From contig JAZPXL010000020.1 in assembly GCA_045543615.1 (NCBI GenBank), forward strand, positions 14,107 through 78,106: DNA of 64,000 bases, written 5' to 3'. Below, one piece after another: positions 39,443 to 49,302 of the stretch; positions within the stretch are counted from its first letter, which is position 1, and each line of letters opens with the position of its first letter. Both the position numbers and the translations under genes were made by a program. The DNA comes from Eubacteriales bacterium. GTDB taxonomy: Bacteria > Bacillota > Clostridia > Oscillospirales > CAG-272. The notes under the pieces were generated by a model that saw only the letters and a program-made list of their open reading frames with translations, made no database searches and was not told the origin of the DNA.

Positions 39443-40141
39443 TTATTGTGGCTGGTCGTTGTTGCGTATCAGCTCATAACTCCCTGAGCGAAGAGCGTCG
39501 AGAAGCTCGTCGTTTGAAGTGATGGGATGGTCTGTAATAATTCCACCCGTCGGCAGACCGTCAGAGAGGTGGTGGAAGTCACTTCCTGAAATGGCGATGA
39601 GCGAGAATTTTTCAGCCCAGAGGCGAGCGATATCATTTCTGCTGTCGTGCTTTACGTTTCCGTTGAAGACTTCAATGCCGTCAAGCAGAGTGGGCGTAGT
39701 GACACGCATATTGTTACGGAAGGGGTGCGCTCCGAAGAGCAAATAACCACGCTCGTGCGTCATCGCACTGATGTCGGCTATCTTTCTGTCCATCAAATCA
39801 TAAGAGGTGCGCAAAAAATCCTCCTCAACTCCGTAGATGAGATAATCATTTTCATCAACATTGCTTCGAAGCTCGACTCCAAGAAGCACACAAAGTCGTC
39901 CCTCTGCTGCAAGGCAGAGATCGTGGTAGTCCTTTAGATAATAATTGATCTTTTCTTCCCAAGTCCAAGAGGAAAGATCTCCCTTTGCTTTGCTTTTGTA
40001 GGTAAAGCGTGAGAGATGGTTTGTTAGAACAAGCGTGGAGTATCCCTCGCTTACAAAGTGGTCAACGATCTGGGCAGGGGTCACGGTAGCGCAGGACGAG
40101 ACGGGAAAAGAATGGCAATGCAGCTCAGTTTTATATTTCAA
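39443..40141 (-). CDS. PHP domain protein
   Basis: ELHCHS, TNH, AHPFR, GSDFH. Confidence 0.85.
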   Translation of the reverse strand: MKYKTELHCHSFPVSSCATVTPAQIVDHFVSEGYSTLVLTNHLSRFTYKSKAKGDLSSWTWEEKINYYLKDYHDLCLAAEGRLCVLLGVELRSNVDENDYLIYGVEEDFLRTSYDLMDRKIADISAMTHERGYLLFGAHPFRNNMRVTTPTLLDGIEVFNGNVKHDSRNDIARLWAEKFSLIAISGSDFHHLSDGLPTGGIITDHPITSNDELLDALRSGSYELIRNNDQPQ

Positions 40142-40294
40142 CTTTTCGCCTTTCTGTATGTCGAAGAAATATTATACTATTATAATACTACTTTTTTCAG
40201 CTTTTTTCAATACCTTGGAATAAAAATGTAAAAAAGAATTTGTGTCAGGGAGAATAAAAAACTGCCTGTAAAGCTTCACAGGCAGTTGTGGTTT

Positions 40295-41524
40295 TTATTG
40301 AGGTCTTTTTCTGCAAAGGTATTCGTCAAGCTTTGACACCATATTATCGGGGATCTTGCGAGCGACGGGGCAGAGCGCAGCGTTTGCCATACGGCTTACG
40401 AATCTCGTGATAAATAGACAGTCCTCTTCAAGCTGTTCTTCGCTCATTACAGCCTTTGTGTCGTAGCTGTTGTGGATGGTCGCAGTATTCGACGGAGCGT
40501 GTCTTGCAAAAGAAACTGAGGGGATGCCCTTGTCAGAGAAGGGTGTTGAGTCGCTTGAATAAACACCCTGATATGTATGAACAGGGAATCCACATTCAAG
40601 TCCCATATAGCTTATATAGTGGCAAAGCTGATTTTCTGCTGTACTGCAGGAAACAAATTTACCCATAATACAGCCTATCATATCAAGGTTTACGCAGAGA
40701 GCGATATTATCAAGCTCATCCGAATGCGCCTCGCAATAAGCCTTAGAGCCGAGCAGACCACGCTCCTCGCTGCCACAGAAGATGAAGCGCAGGCCGTATC
40801 GATGTGGTACTTTGGAGAAATAGTCTGCCATATAGAGAAGACCTATACAGCCCGACATATTGTCATAAGCACCTGTGGAGAGTGAGGTTGAGTCATAATG
40901 TGCAGTAAGAACGATGTAGCTGTCAATCTCACCCGGGAGATCGAGGATAACGTTTCTTGATGTTCCCTCATATTCTACCTGATCAATAGTGATCTTGGCA
41001 GTTGCCGCACCACCCTTGATTATCTTTATAGCATCCTTTGCGTTGATATTAACGCCAAGAATCTTGCTTCCCTTTGAGACAAAGGAGCGAAGCTCACGAG
41101 TGTCGATGTCTGAGTCGGCATAATTTGCGTTTCCGTCATAGGAGATAAAGCCGACAGCACCACTGTCAAGAAGGTCACGGTATTTCCAATAGCCGAGGTA
41201 GCCATCAAAAATTACTATCTTGCCACGGCAGAGCGAGAGGGAATATTTATCATCGGAGCGCAGATAGTAAAGCTCAGCCTCGACCTCGCCCGAGCCACAG
41301 CAGAGGTAGCCACGGCAGGGGATGGACTTTCCGTTTATTGTCAGAGAGGCAGTGCGCATAGTTGCCATATCTACGGCGAAATCCTCAAAATATGCCGATG
41401 TAGCGTATTTCTTGCAAACTGACGCAATGTATTCTGCAGTTCTTTTTTCCTCGTCGCTTCCACCTGTGCGAACATAGGCGGTATCTGCGAGTATTTGCTT
41501 CATTGTTTTAATATCAAATTCCAA
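40295..41524 (-). CDS. M28 family aminopeptidase
   Basis: AHYDS, GAYDNMSG, SEERGLLGS, NLDM, SSDS, IH. Confidence 0.88.
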   Translation of the reverse strand: MEFDIKTMKQILADTAYVRTGGSDEEKRTAEYIASVCKKYATSAYFEDFAVDMATMRTASLTINGKSIPCRGYLCCGSGEVEAELYYLRSDDKYSLSLCRGKIVIFDGYLGYWKYRDLLDSGAVGFISYDGNANYADSDIDTRELRSFVSKGSKILGVNINAKDAIKIIKGGAATAKITIDQVEYEGTSRNVILDLPGEIDSYIVLTAHYDSTSLSTGAYDNMSGCIGLLYMADYFSKVPHRYGLRFIFCGSEERGLLGSKAYCEAHSDELDNIALCVNLDMIGCIMGKFVSCSTAENQLCHYISYMGLECGFPVHTYQGVYSSDSTPFSDKGIPSVSFARHAPSNTATIHNSYDTKAVMSEEQLEEDCLFITRFVSRMANAALCPVARKIPDNMVSKLDEYLCRKRPQ

Positions 41525-41654
41525 GGTAATGTCTCCTTTTTTGTTGTTATTTAACTAATTATAACACAGAAAAACACATATATCAAGTTTTTCTACATAT
41601 CTTTTGCATTTTTGGCTGATACTAAAGAAAAAGTGAGCCAAAAGGAGTATTGTA

Positions 41655-42968
41655 ATGAATCATTTCAAGCCAACAATAGAAAAGATAAACGCAAGAGAAA
41701 TAATTGATTCGAGAGGTAAGCCGACAGTTGAGGCAACCGTTGTCCTCTCTGACGGAAGTACGGGAATCGCAGCTGTTCCGTCGGGTGCATCGACCGGAAT
41801 ATATGAAGCGCACGAGCTGAGGGACGGAGAGAGCGAGCGATATTTCGGTCAGGGCGTGCGTCGTGCAGTATTATCGGTAAAGAACATCATAGCCCCCGAG
41901 CTTATCGGCAGGCTTGCCACGCACACAGAGGATATTGACAAAAGAATGATTGAGCTTGACGGTACAGATAACAAAAAGAAGATTGGTGCAAACGCCATTC
42001 TTTCAGTGTCTCTTGCAACGGCACGAGCTGCAGCGGCGTTTTATTCTGTGCCGCTTTGGCAATATCTTGGAGGTGCGAGAGCGTGCAGACTTCCCGTTCC
42101 GATGTTCAACATTCTAAACGGTGGCGCACACGCATCAAACAATCTCGATATCCAAGAGTTTATGATAGTTCCCACGGGAGCACATAGCTTTTCCGAGGCT
42201 TTGCGTGCAGGCTGTGAGATTTATCATACGCTTGGCAAAATCCTATGCAACCGAAAGCTTGGCACTTCGGTGGGTGACGAGGGTGGCTATGCGCCAAACC
42301 TTGAGTCCGACACGGATGCGCTTGACCTGATTTGCCGTGCTATTGTGGAGGCAGGATACAATTTTGACACTGTGAAGATTGCACTTGATGCCGCAAGCAG
42401 TGAATGGTTTGACGAAGAGGAGGGAATTTACAGACTGCAAAAGAGTGGCAAGTGCTTCGAGGCGCACGAGCTTTGCAATATGTGGGAGGCACTATGCTTG
42501 CGCTATCCCATCGTCTCTCTTGAGGACGGACTTGACCAGAGAGACTTTTCGGGCTGGGTAACTCTGACCGAAAAAATTGGCAGGACGGTCAGGGTGGTTG
42601 GCGACGACTTTTTTGTCACAAATCCAAAGAGAGTGAGACGTGGAATTGAGGAGGGGGCGGCAAACAGCGTCCTCATCAAGCCCAACCAGATAGGCACGCT
42701 TAGCGAAACTATGGCAGTTATCTCTATGGCAGCGGCATCGGGATATTCGACAATAATGTCGCACCGTTCGGGCGAGACGGCGGACAGCACGATAGCCGAT
42801 CTCGCAGTAGCTCTTGAAACACCATTTATCAAATCAGGTGCGCCCTGCAGAAGTGAGAGGCTTGCAAAATATAACAGACTTGGTGCAATTGAGGCATCTC
42901 TCGGCGCATCGGCACGCTACGGAAGTGCAAGGGTTGTACCTAAAAAGAGGGGAGTCGGAGAGATATAA
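41655..42968 (+). CDS. eno: Enolase
   Basis: DSRG.PTVE, VPSGASTG, GDEGG, LIKPNQIG, SHRSGET, RSERLAKYN. Confidence 0.95.
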   Translation: MNHFKPTIEKINAREIIDSRGKPTVEATVVLSDGSTGIAAVPSGASTGIYEAHELRDGESERYFGQGVRRAVLSVKNIIAPELIGRLATHTEDIDKRMIELDGTDNKKKIGANAILSVSLATARAAAAFYSVPLWQYLGGARACRLPVPMFNILNGGAHASNNLDIQEFMIVPTGAHSFSEALRAGCEIYHTLGKILCNRKLGTSVGDEGGYAPNLESDTDALDLICRAIVEAGYNFDTVKIALDAASSEWFDEEEGIYRLQKSGKCFEAHELCNMWEALCLRYPIVSLEDGLDQRDFSGWVTLTEKIGRTVRVVGDDFFVTNPKRVRRGIEEGAANSVLIKPNQIGTLSETMAVISMAAASGYSTIMSHRSGETADSTIADLAVALETPFIKSGAPCRSERLAKYNRLGAIEASLGASARYGSARVVPKKRGVGEI

Positions 42969-43018
42969 GCTTGTCTCATAATAAAAAAAGGAAGACCGAG
43001 GTCTTCCTTTTTATATGC

Positions 43019-43531
43019 TTATTCTTCAAATACTGCGGGAGAAGAGTTGAGATGAACGGCAAAGCGAATGTTGTATCCACCTGTCTCGAGGGGGTCGCTG
43101 ATACTTTCAAGACTCCAGCCATCAAGCGTGCGAAAGTCGGGAATAAATGTGTCGGCGTCACTCGCCTTTGCCTCTATCCAAGTAACATAGGCTCTGGTGC
43201 AATATTTTGCAAGTGCATTGTATAGGCTTCCACCACCGATGAGCATAACGTCATCGGGTGCATACTCGGATACAGCGTCAAACATCTCACCGAAGCTGTG
43301 AACCACTCTAACTCCATCGGGGCAGAAAGCAGGATTATCGGAGAGTACGATGTTGACTCTGTTAGGCAAAGGTCGCATACCGGGCAGGGACTCAAAGGTC
43401 TTCTGTCCCATAACAACCGTTTTGCCACATGTCTTGCGGCGAAAATATTTCATATCTTCGGGAAGACTATAAAGCAGATCCTTATTTCTTCCGATGGCAC
43501 AGCCTTCATCGGCGGCAACAATAAGATTCAT
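43019..43531 (-). CDS. folA: Dihydrofolate reductase
   Basis: LIVAAD, PEDMKYF, VMGQKT, RPLPNR, IGGG, DTF. Confidence 0.92.
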   Translation of the reverse strand: MNLIVAADEGCAIGRNKDLLYSLPEDMKYFRRKTCGKTVVMGQKTFESLPGMRPLPNRVNIVLSDNPAFCPDGVRVVHSFGEMFDAVSEYAPDDVMLIGGGSLYNALAKYCTRAYVTWIEAKASDADTFIPDFRTLDGWSLESISDPLETGGYNIRFAVHLNSSPAVFEE

Positions 43532-43539
43532 TTTACACC

Positions 43540-44370
43540 TCACACAGCGACAGGGATCTTAAATCCCGTGGGATTTGCGACATAGTTCTCAAATACTACA
43601 TCCTCAACCCCAAAGTCATAGAAGTTTGTGATCTCGGGATTGAGACGGAAGATTGGTGCGTCAAACTGAGGACGCTCAAGCATCTCGCGGACGAGAGGAA
43701 TGTGACGGTCGTAAATATGCGCATCGGCAATTACGTGGACAAACTCACCGGGGAGAAGTCCGGATACCTGAGCAAACATACAGAGAAGAGCGGCGTACTG
43801 TACCACGTTCCAGTTGTTTGCAACGAGCATATCCTGTGAACGCTGATTGAGTATGCCGTTTAAGTATTTACCTGTGACGTTGAATGTCATAGAATACGCA
43901 CAGGGGTAGAGATTCATCTCGTGAAGGTCTGCGTGTGTGTATATATTTGTCATAATTCGTCTTGATGACGGATTGTGGGAGAGGTCATAGAGAACACGGT
44001 CTACCTGGTCAAACTCTCCCTCGGGATATTTGTGCTTGATACCAAGCTGATAGCCGTATGCCTTACCAATCGTGCCGTCATCTCCTGCCCACGCATCCCA
44101 GATATGTGAGCCAAGCTCACTTATTCTGTTGGACTTCTTCTGCCAGATCCAAAGAATCTCATCTATGCAGTTTTTTACGCCTGTACGACGGAGAGTCATT
44201 ATCGGGAACTCCTCGCGCAAGTCATAACGGTTGGTGATACAGAATTTCTTTACGGTGTGCGCAGGTGCGCCATCCTCCCAACGAGGACGGACTTCAAGCT
44301 CTGTGTCATAAAAGCCATTCTCTAAAATATCAAGACAGTTCTGAATATATATCTTGTCGGCTCTGCTCAT
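43540..44370 (-). CDS. thyA: Thymidylate synthase
   Basis: SRR, LYPC, QRSQD, AHIYDRH. Confidence 0.95.
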   Translation of the reverse strand: MSRADKIYIQNCLDILENGFYDTELEVRPRWEDGAPAHTVKKFCITNRYDLREEFPIMTLRRTGVKNCIDEILWIWQKKSNRISELGSHIWDAWAGDDGTIGKAYGYQLGIKHKYPEGEFDQVDRVLYDLSHNPSSRRIMTNIYTHADLHEMNLYPCAYSMTFNVTGKYLNGILNQRSQDMLVANNWNVVQYAALLCMFAQVSGLLPGEFVHVIADAHIYDRHIPLVREMLERPQFDAPIFRLNPEITNFYDFGVEDVVFENYVANPTGFKIPVAV

Positions 44371-44449
44371 TTTTTACCTCACAAAATCAAAAAAATGTTG
44401 TCGTGCATTCTCTGTATAAGCTTTTGGAAGTCGCTTTTTGTGCGAAAGC

Positions 44450-44758
44450 TTAAAACTCGTAGTCAATAACAGCTCTGTCTGTGCTTACAGTCTTTACGTA
44501 TTCGCTGATTTTTACGTGGTCTGGATGAATTTTGTATGCGGCAAGGGCATCGAGATCATCAAAAACTGTGACAAGCACCATATCGTGCGACATAACAGTT
44601 CCCGAAACATCACGTCCGATTTCCATACTGCGAAGACCGTCTATTTTACCACTCTCAAAAAGTGCGTAGAGCGCGTTCTTTACATACTCAAGGTTTTCGT
44701 CCTTGCTTTTACCGTTTGCATTGTCGGAAAATTTCCACATTACTATATGACGAATCAT
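44450..44758 (-). CDS. Dabb family (stress-responsive A/B barrel) protein
   Basis: MIRHIVMWK...YKIHPDH...DY. Confidence 0.85.
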   Translation of the reverse strand: MIRHIVMWKFSDNANGKSKDENLEYVKNALYALFESGKIDGLRSMEIGRDVSGTVMSHDMVLVTVFDDLDALAAYKIHPDHVKISEYVKTVSTDRAVIDYEF

Positions 44759-45011
44759 TTTTTACCTCATATTTGATCAATTTTATTGATTAGATTTTAT
44801 CATAAAGAAGCGTCGATGTCAATACTCATCTTGCCAAAAGGCAGAATAGGAGGGGAGAAAAGAGCGGGAGAGGAGTATATTTTGAACAACAGAAAAAAGA
44901 CTTAGAAAAAATTGCGCATTGGAGTGGCAGGTTTTACCGTTTCTATTGACTTTTTTTATATTTTGTAGTATTATAAATAATGTATATTTATTTTTTGAGG
45001 TAAAAACAACT

Positions 45012-46250
45012 ATGGAATACCGTATTTCAAATAAGCTTGCGGCACTAAGGCCGTCGGCTATCAGAGAAATATTCAAGTCCCTGACGGATCCATCAATTAT
45101 AGCATTTGCAGCAGGTAACCCTGCAGCAGAATCATTTCCCGTCGAGGATATGAAGGCACTCTCGGCTGAAATATTTGCAGAAGAGCCGATAAAGGCTCTC
45201 CAATATGGCATAACTGAGGGCTATCCACCTCTTCGTGCAGAGGTCAATCGCAGACTTCTTGAGAAGTTTGGCATCGGAAGATCCATCGAAAAAGGTGACT
45301 CTTATAACGATATGACACTTATGGTGAGTGGTGGCAACCAGGGCATCGAGCTTTCCTGCAAGGTTCTTTGCAACGAGGGAGACGTGGTGCTTTGTGAAGA
45401 CCCGTCGTTTATCGGTGCGCTCAACGCTTTCCGTTCAAACGGTGCTGTAACAAAGGGCATTCCACTTCTTGCCGATGGAATTGATACCGATGCTCTTGAG
45501 GCGACACTCAAGGAGGACAGGGATGGCGAAAACAGAATTAAGATGCTCTATCTAATTCCCACCTTCCACAATCCTGCAGGAATTACGACCTCGCTCTCTA
45601 CTCGCCGTCGTATTTATGAGATTGCAGTAAAATACAGCCTCATCATTCTTGAGGACAATCCTTATGGTGAGCTTCGTTTTGCAGGCGAGGAGATCCCGAC
45701 CATCAAGAGTATGGACAGCGAGGGCGTGGTGCTTTATTGCTCGTCATTCTCAAAGATCCTCTCGGCAGGTATGCGTGTAGGATTTATAGTTGGCCCTGAG
45801 ACTCTTATGCAGAAGATGGTTGTTGCAAAGCAGGTTGAGGACGTTCACACAAATCAGTTCTTCCAGATGCTTTGTCATCGCTTTATTGTAGAGCGTGACC
45901 TTGACGCTCATATAGAAAAGATCCGTGCGATCTATCGCCGCAAATGTGGTATTATGATGCGTGGACTTGAGGAAAATCTTCCCGACAGCTTTACCTTTAC
46001 ACGCCCTGAGGGTGGCCTGTTTGTATGGTGCACGCTGCCACGGGAGATTGATATGCAAGAGTTTGTGGCACGCTGTCTTGAAAAGAAGCTCGCTATTGTA
46101 CCCGGTACTGCATTCTGCCCCGACGAAAACGGCACATCGAACTCGGTAAGATTTAACTATTCCACACCCTCTGATGAGCAGATCGAGAGAGGCTGCGTCA
46201 TTCTTGGTGAGGTGGCAAGAGAGATGCTCGCAGAGACAAGTGAGAAATAA
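45012..46250 (+). CDS. PLP-dependent class I/II aminotransferase (LysN-like)
   Basis: SAIRE, LQYG, FHNPAG, EDNPY, SFSKILSAGMRVG. Confidence 0.9.
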   Translation: MEYRISNKLAALRPSAIREIFKSLTDPSIIAFAAGNPAAESFPVEDMKALSAEIFAEEPIKALQYGITEGYPPLRAEVNRRLLEKFGIGRSIEKGDSYNDMTLMVSGGNQGIELSCKVLCNEGDVVLCEDPSFIGALNAFRSNGAVTKGIPLLADGIDTDALEATLKEDRDGENRIKMLYLIPTFHNPAGITTSLSTRRRIYEIAVKYSLIILEDNPYGELRFAGEEIPTIKSMDSEGVVLYCSSFSKILSAGMRVGFIVGPETLMQKMVVAKQVEDVHTNQFFQMLCHRFIVERDLDAHIEKIRAIYRRKCGIMMRGLEENLPDSFTFTRPEGGLFVWCTLPREIDMQEFVARCLEKKLAIVPGTAFCPDENGTSNSVRFNYSTPSDEQIERGCVILGEVAREMLAETSEK

Positions 46251-46286
46251 AAAGAACGAAATACAACAGTTTTTGAGGTTATAACA

Positions 46287-47285
46287 ATGATAGACAACAG
46301 ACCCGTTTCCTACTCAGGCGTTCAGCCGAGTGGAAACCTTACAATAGGAAATTATTTAGGCGCGATAAAAAATTTCCCTGTTTATTCGGAAAAGTACAAA
46401 TGCTTTTATTGCGTAGTTGACCAGCACGCCATTACGGTTCGTCAGGTACCGGCAGAGCTTCGCCGTCGCACATACGAGACGCTTGCTCTGTATATTGCTT
46501 GTGGTCTTGATCCTGAAAAGAATACTCTCTACGTTCAGTCGCACGTTCCTGCGCACACAGAAATGGCTTGGATTCTCAACTGCTTTACTATGTTTGGCGA
46601 GCTTTCGAGAATGACACAATTCAAGGACAAGAGCGCAAAGCATTCGGACAATATCAATGCAGGTCTTTTCACGTATCCTGTTTTGATGGCATCGGATATT
46701 CTGCTTTACCAGACGAATGTTGTTCCCGTTGGTCACGATCAGAAACAGCACGTTGAGCTTACAAGAGATATCGCAGAGAGATTCAATCAGCTATATCCTG
46801 ATACCTTCACTTTGCCCGAGCCTATAATCTCGGTAAGTGGAGCAAAAATTATGTCTCTTGCAGATCCTACAAGAAAGATGAGTAAATCGGATGAAAACGA
46901 GAATGCAGTTGTTCGCATTCTTGACGATCCCGATGCAATAATCAGAAAGTTCAAGAGAGCTGTTACCGATTCGGGTAGCGAGATCATCTATTCACCCGAC
47001 AAGCCCGGCATCAGCAATCTGCTTACGATTTATTCCTGCTTTACGGGCAAGAGTATTGAGGAGGCTGAGCGTGAGTTTGACGGCCGTGGATATGGCGAGT
47101 TCAAGCTTGCCGTAGGTCAGGCTTGTGCCGAGCGCCTTGCTCCTGTTGTTGCAGAATACCGTCGCATACTCGCCGATAAGGGCTATCTTGAAGAGATTAT
47201 GAAGAGGGGCGCAGATGAGGCGTCCTACTACGCACGCAAGACACTCTCCAAGGTTCGCCGTAAGCTCGGATTTGTAAATCTTTGA
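46287..47285 (+). CDS. trpS: Tryptophan--tRNA ligase
   Basis: SGVQPSG..TIGNY, YPVLMASD, DQKQH, KMSKS. Confidence 0.96.
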   Translation: MIDNRPVSYSGVQPSGNLTIGNYLGAIKNFPVYSEKYKCFYCVVDQHAITVRQVPAELRRRTYETLALYIACGLDPEKNTLYVQSHVPAHTEMAWILNCFTMFGELSRMTQFKDKSAKHSDNINAGLFTYPVLMASDILLYQTNVVPVGHDQKQHVELTRDIAERFNQLYPDTFTLPEPIISVSGAKIMSLADPTRKMSKSDENENAVVRILDDPDAIIRKFKRAVTDSGSEIIYSPDKPGISNLLTIYSCFTGKSIEEAEREFDGRGYGEFKLAVGQACAERLAPVVAEYRRILADKGYLEEIMKRGADEASYYARKTLSKVRRKLGFVNL

Positions 47286-47302
47286 TAAGGTTTGGTTCTC
47301 AA

Positions 47303-48640
47303 ATGAAAATTGGTTTTATTTCACTCGGTTGCCCCAAAAATCAGCTTGATACTGAGGTGATGCTCCACGAGCTGCTTGAAGCAGGGTACGACATTACGCC
47401 CGATGAGACAGAGGCTGATATTATCATTATCAACACCTGTGCATTTATTGAGGCTGCAAAGAAGGAAGCTATCGACAATATTCTTGATATTGCCTGGCTT
47501 AAGGAAAACAACGGACTTCGTGGAATAATTGTTACGGGCTGTATGCCCGAGCGTTACCGTGAGGCTGTGCTTGAAGAATTTCCTGAAGTTGACGCAGTAA
47601 TCGGCGTTGGCTCTATTCACAACATCGTCGAGGCTGTTCGCTCAGTTGAAGAGAAGGGAAGAGGCTACACATCCTTCCTGCCCGCCGATGAGGTCACACT
47701 TGGTGGCGACAGAGTGCTGACGACCCCAACATTTTGGACATATCTCAAGATTGCTGAGGGCTGTGACAACCGTTGCACATATTGCGCAATTCCCTCAATC
47801 AGAGGAAAATTCCGTTCAAGGGCAATAGAAGAGCTTTGCAGCGAGGCTGCTATGCTTGAGGAGCTTGGAGCAAAGGAAATCACGCTTGTGGCTCAGGACA
47901 CAACGAGATACGGCGTTGACATATATGGTGAATACTCACTCTCACGCCTCCTTCTCGCCCTTCTTGATGCTACAAAGAAGGTAAGATTCCGCCTGCTCTA
48001 TTGCTACCCCGACAAGATAACACAGGAGCTGTGCGATACTATTGCGCAGAATGACAGAATTATTAACTACATTGATATACCCGTTCAGCATATATCTGAC
48101 AAGATCCTTCGCCGTATGAACCGTCACGGTGGCGAGGCGGCTGTAAGAGGAGCAATTTCTATGCTCAGAGAGCGCATCCCGGGCGTTACCATCCGTTCAA
48201 CAGTTATAGTTGGATTCCCCGGCGAGACTGAAGAGGACTTCGAGGAGCTTTGCAGATTTATCAAGGAGACGAAATTTGATCGTCTCGGTGCGTTCCCATA
48301 CTCGCCTGAGGAGGGAACGGCTGCATATGCGTTTGAAGACCAGATTGACGAGCAGGTGAAGCTTGACCGTGCAGATATTATTATGCGCACTCAGCTTGCC
48401 ATCTCTGAGGCAAAGAACAAGAGTATGGTTGGCAAGACCGTCCGTGTGCTTGTTGAGGATTTCGACCCTGTAAGCGAGATGCATTTCGGACGTGGAGATG
48501 CTGACGCTCCCGAAATTGACGGCAAGATATATTTCTCTGCACGCAGAAGAATTGCGCCCGGAAGCACAGTTGACGTAAAGATTACAAGCACGCTTGACTA
48601 TGATCTGTGTGGAAGAGCACTTTTGTTTGCTGAAAGGTGA
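47303..48640 (+). CDS. rimO: Ribosomal protein S12 methylthiotransferase
   Basis: SLGCPKN, EGCDNRCTYC, DAPEIDG TRAM domain; upstream of pgsA. Confidence 0.94.
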   Translation: MKIGFISLGCPKNQLDTEVMLHELLEAGYDITPDETEADIIIINTCAFIEAAKKEAIDNILDIAWLKENNGLRGIIVTGCMPERYREAVLEEFPEVDAVIGVGSIHNIVEAVRSVEEKGRGYTSFLPADEVTLGGDRVLTTPTFWTYLKIAEGCDNRCTYCAIPSIRGKFRSRAIEELCSEAAMLEELGAKEITLVAQDTTRYGVDIYGEYSLSRLLLALLDATKKVRFRLLYCYPDKITQELCDTIAQNDRIINYIDIPVQHISDKILRRMNRHGGEAAVRGAISMLRERIPGVTIRSTVIVGFPGETEEDFEELCRFIKETKFDRLGAFPYSPEEGTAAYAFEDQIDEQVKLDRADIIMRTQLAISEAKNKSMVGKTVRVLVEDFDPVSEMHFGRGDADAPEIDGKIYFSARRRIAPGSTVDVKITSTLDYDLCGRALLFAER

Positions 48641-48645
48641 GGGAA

Positions 48646-49266
48646 ATGAGTAAAATGAATCTGCCGAATAAGCTGACGGTTGGAAGACTGATTATTGTTC
48701 CGTTCTGCATTTTTGCTGTAATGATTCCCGAAAGCTGGCTTGATGGATACATCTCGTCAGCAGTTGCCGCATTCATTTTTATCGCCGCATCGGTTACTGA
48801 TATGATTGACGGCAAGTTGGCACGAAAATACGGACTTATTACTGACTTTGGTAAATTCCTTGATCCCCTTGCAGACAAATTTCTTGTTATAGGAACTCTC
48901 CTTGCGATAGTTTGCAGATATGACGAGTATAGAGATTGGCTGTTTTGGGTAGTGCTTGTGGTAATCTTCAGAGAATTTGCCGTAACCTCAATAAGACTTG
49001 TTGTCAACAATTCCTCAGGTATCGTAATTGCCGCAAACATTCTCGGCAAGATAAAGACTGTTATGCAGATTGTTGCAGTTTCCACCATCCTGCTTGAGCC
49101 TGTACTCTACCGAGTAATTGAGCTTTGCTTCTCGCTTGATGAATTTATACTTGCAAGATTTATGCCCCTTACTGTTATTACCTGCATTCTTATGCTTGTA
49201 TTTACCGTTTGGTCGGGTATAAATTATATCGCATCTTATTGGAAATATCTCGACCCTAACAAATAA
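48646..49266 (+). CDS. pgsA: CDP-diacylglycerol--glycerol-3-phosphate 3-phosphatidyltransferase
   Basis: NLPNKLT, DMIDGKLAR...GKFLDPLADK. Confidence 0.94.
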   Translation: MSKMNLPNKLTVGRLIIVPFCIFAVMIPESWLDGYISSAVAAFIFIAASVTDMIDGKLARKYGLITDFGKFLDPLADKFLVIGTLLAIVCRYDEYRDWLFWVVLVVIFREFAVTSIRLVVNNSSGIVIAANILGKIKTVMQIVAVSTILLEPVLYRVIELCFSLDEFILARFMPLTVITCILMLVFTVWSGINYIASYWKYLDPNK

Positions 49267-49302
49267 AAATTAAGGCTGTGACATACCGTCACAGCCTTAG
49301 TT

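Noticed and set aside
33353-40141. Three PHP-domain genes as one system
   Set aside because: Different subfamilies, split across strands and separated by unrelated genes
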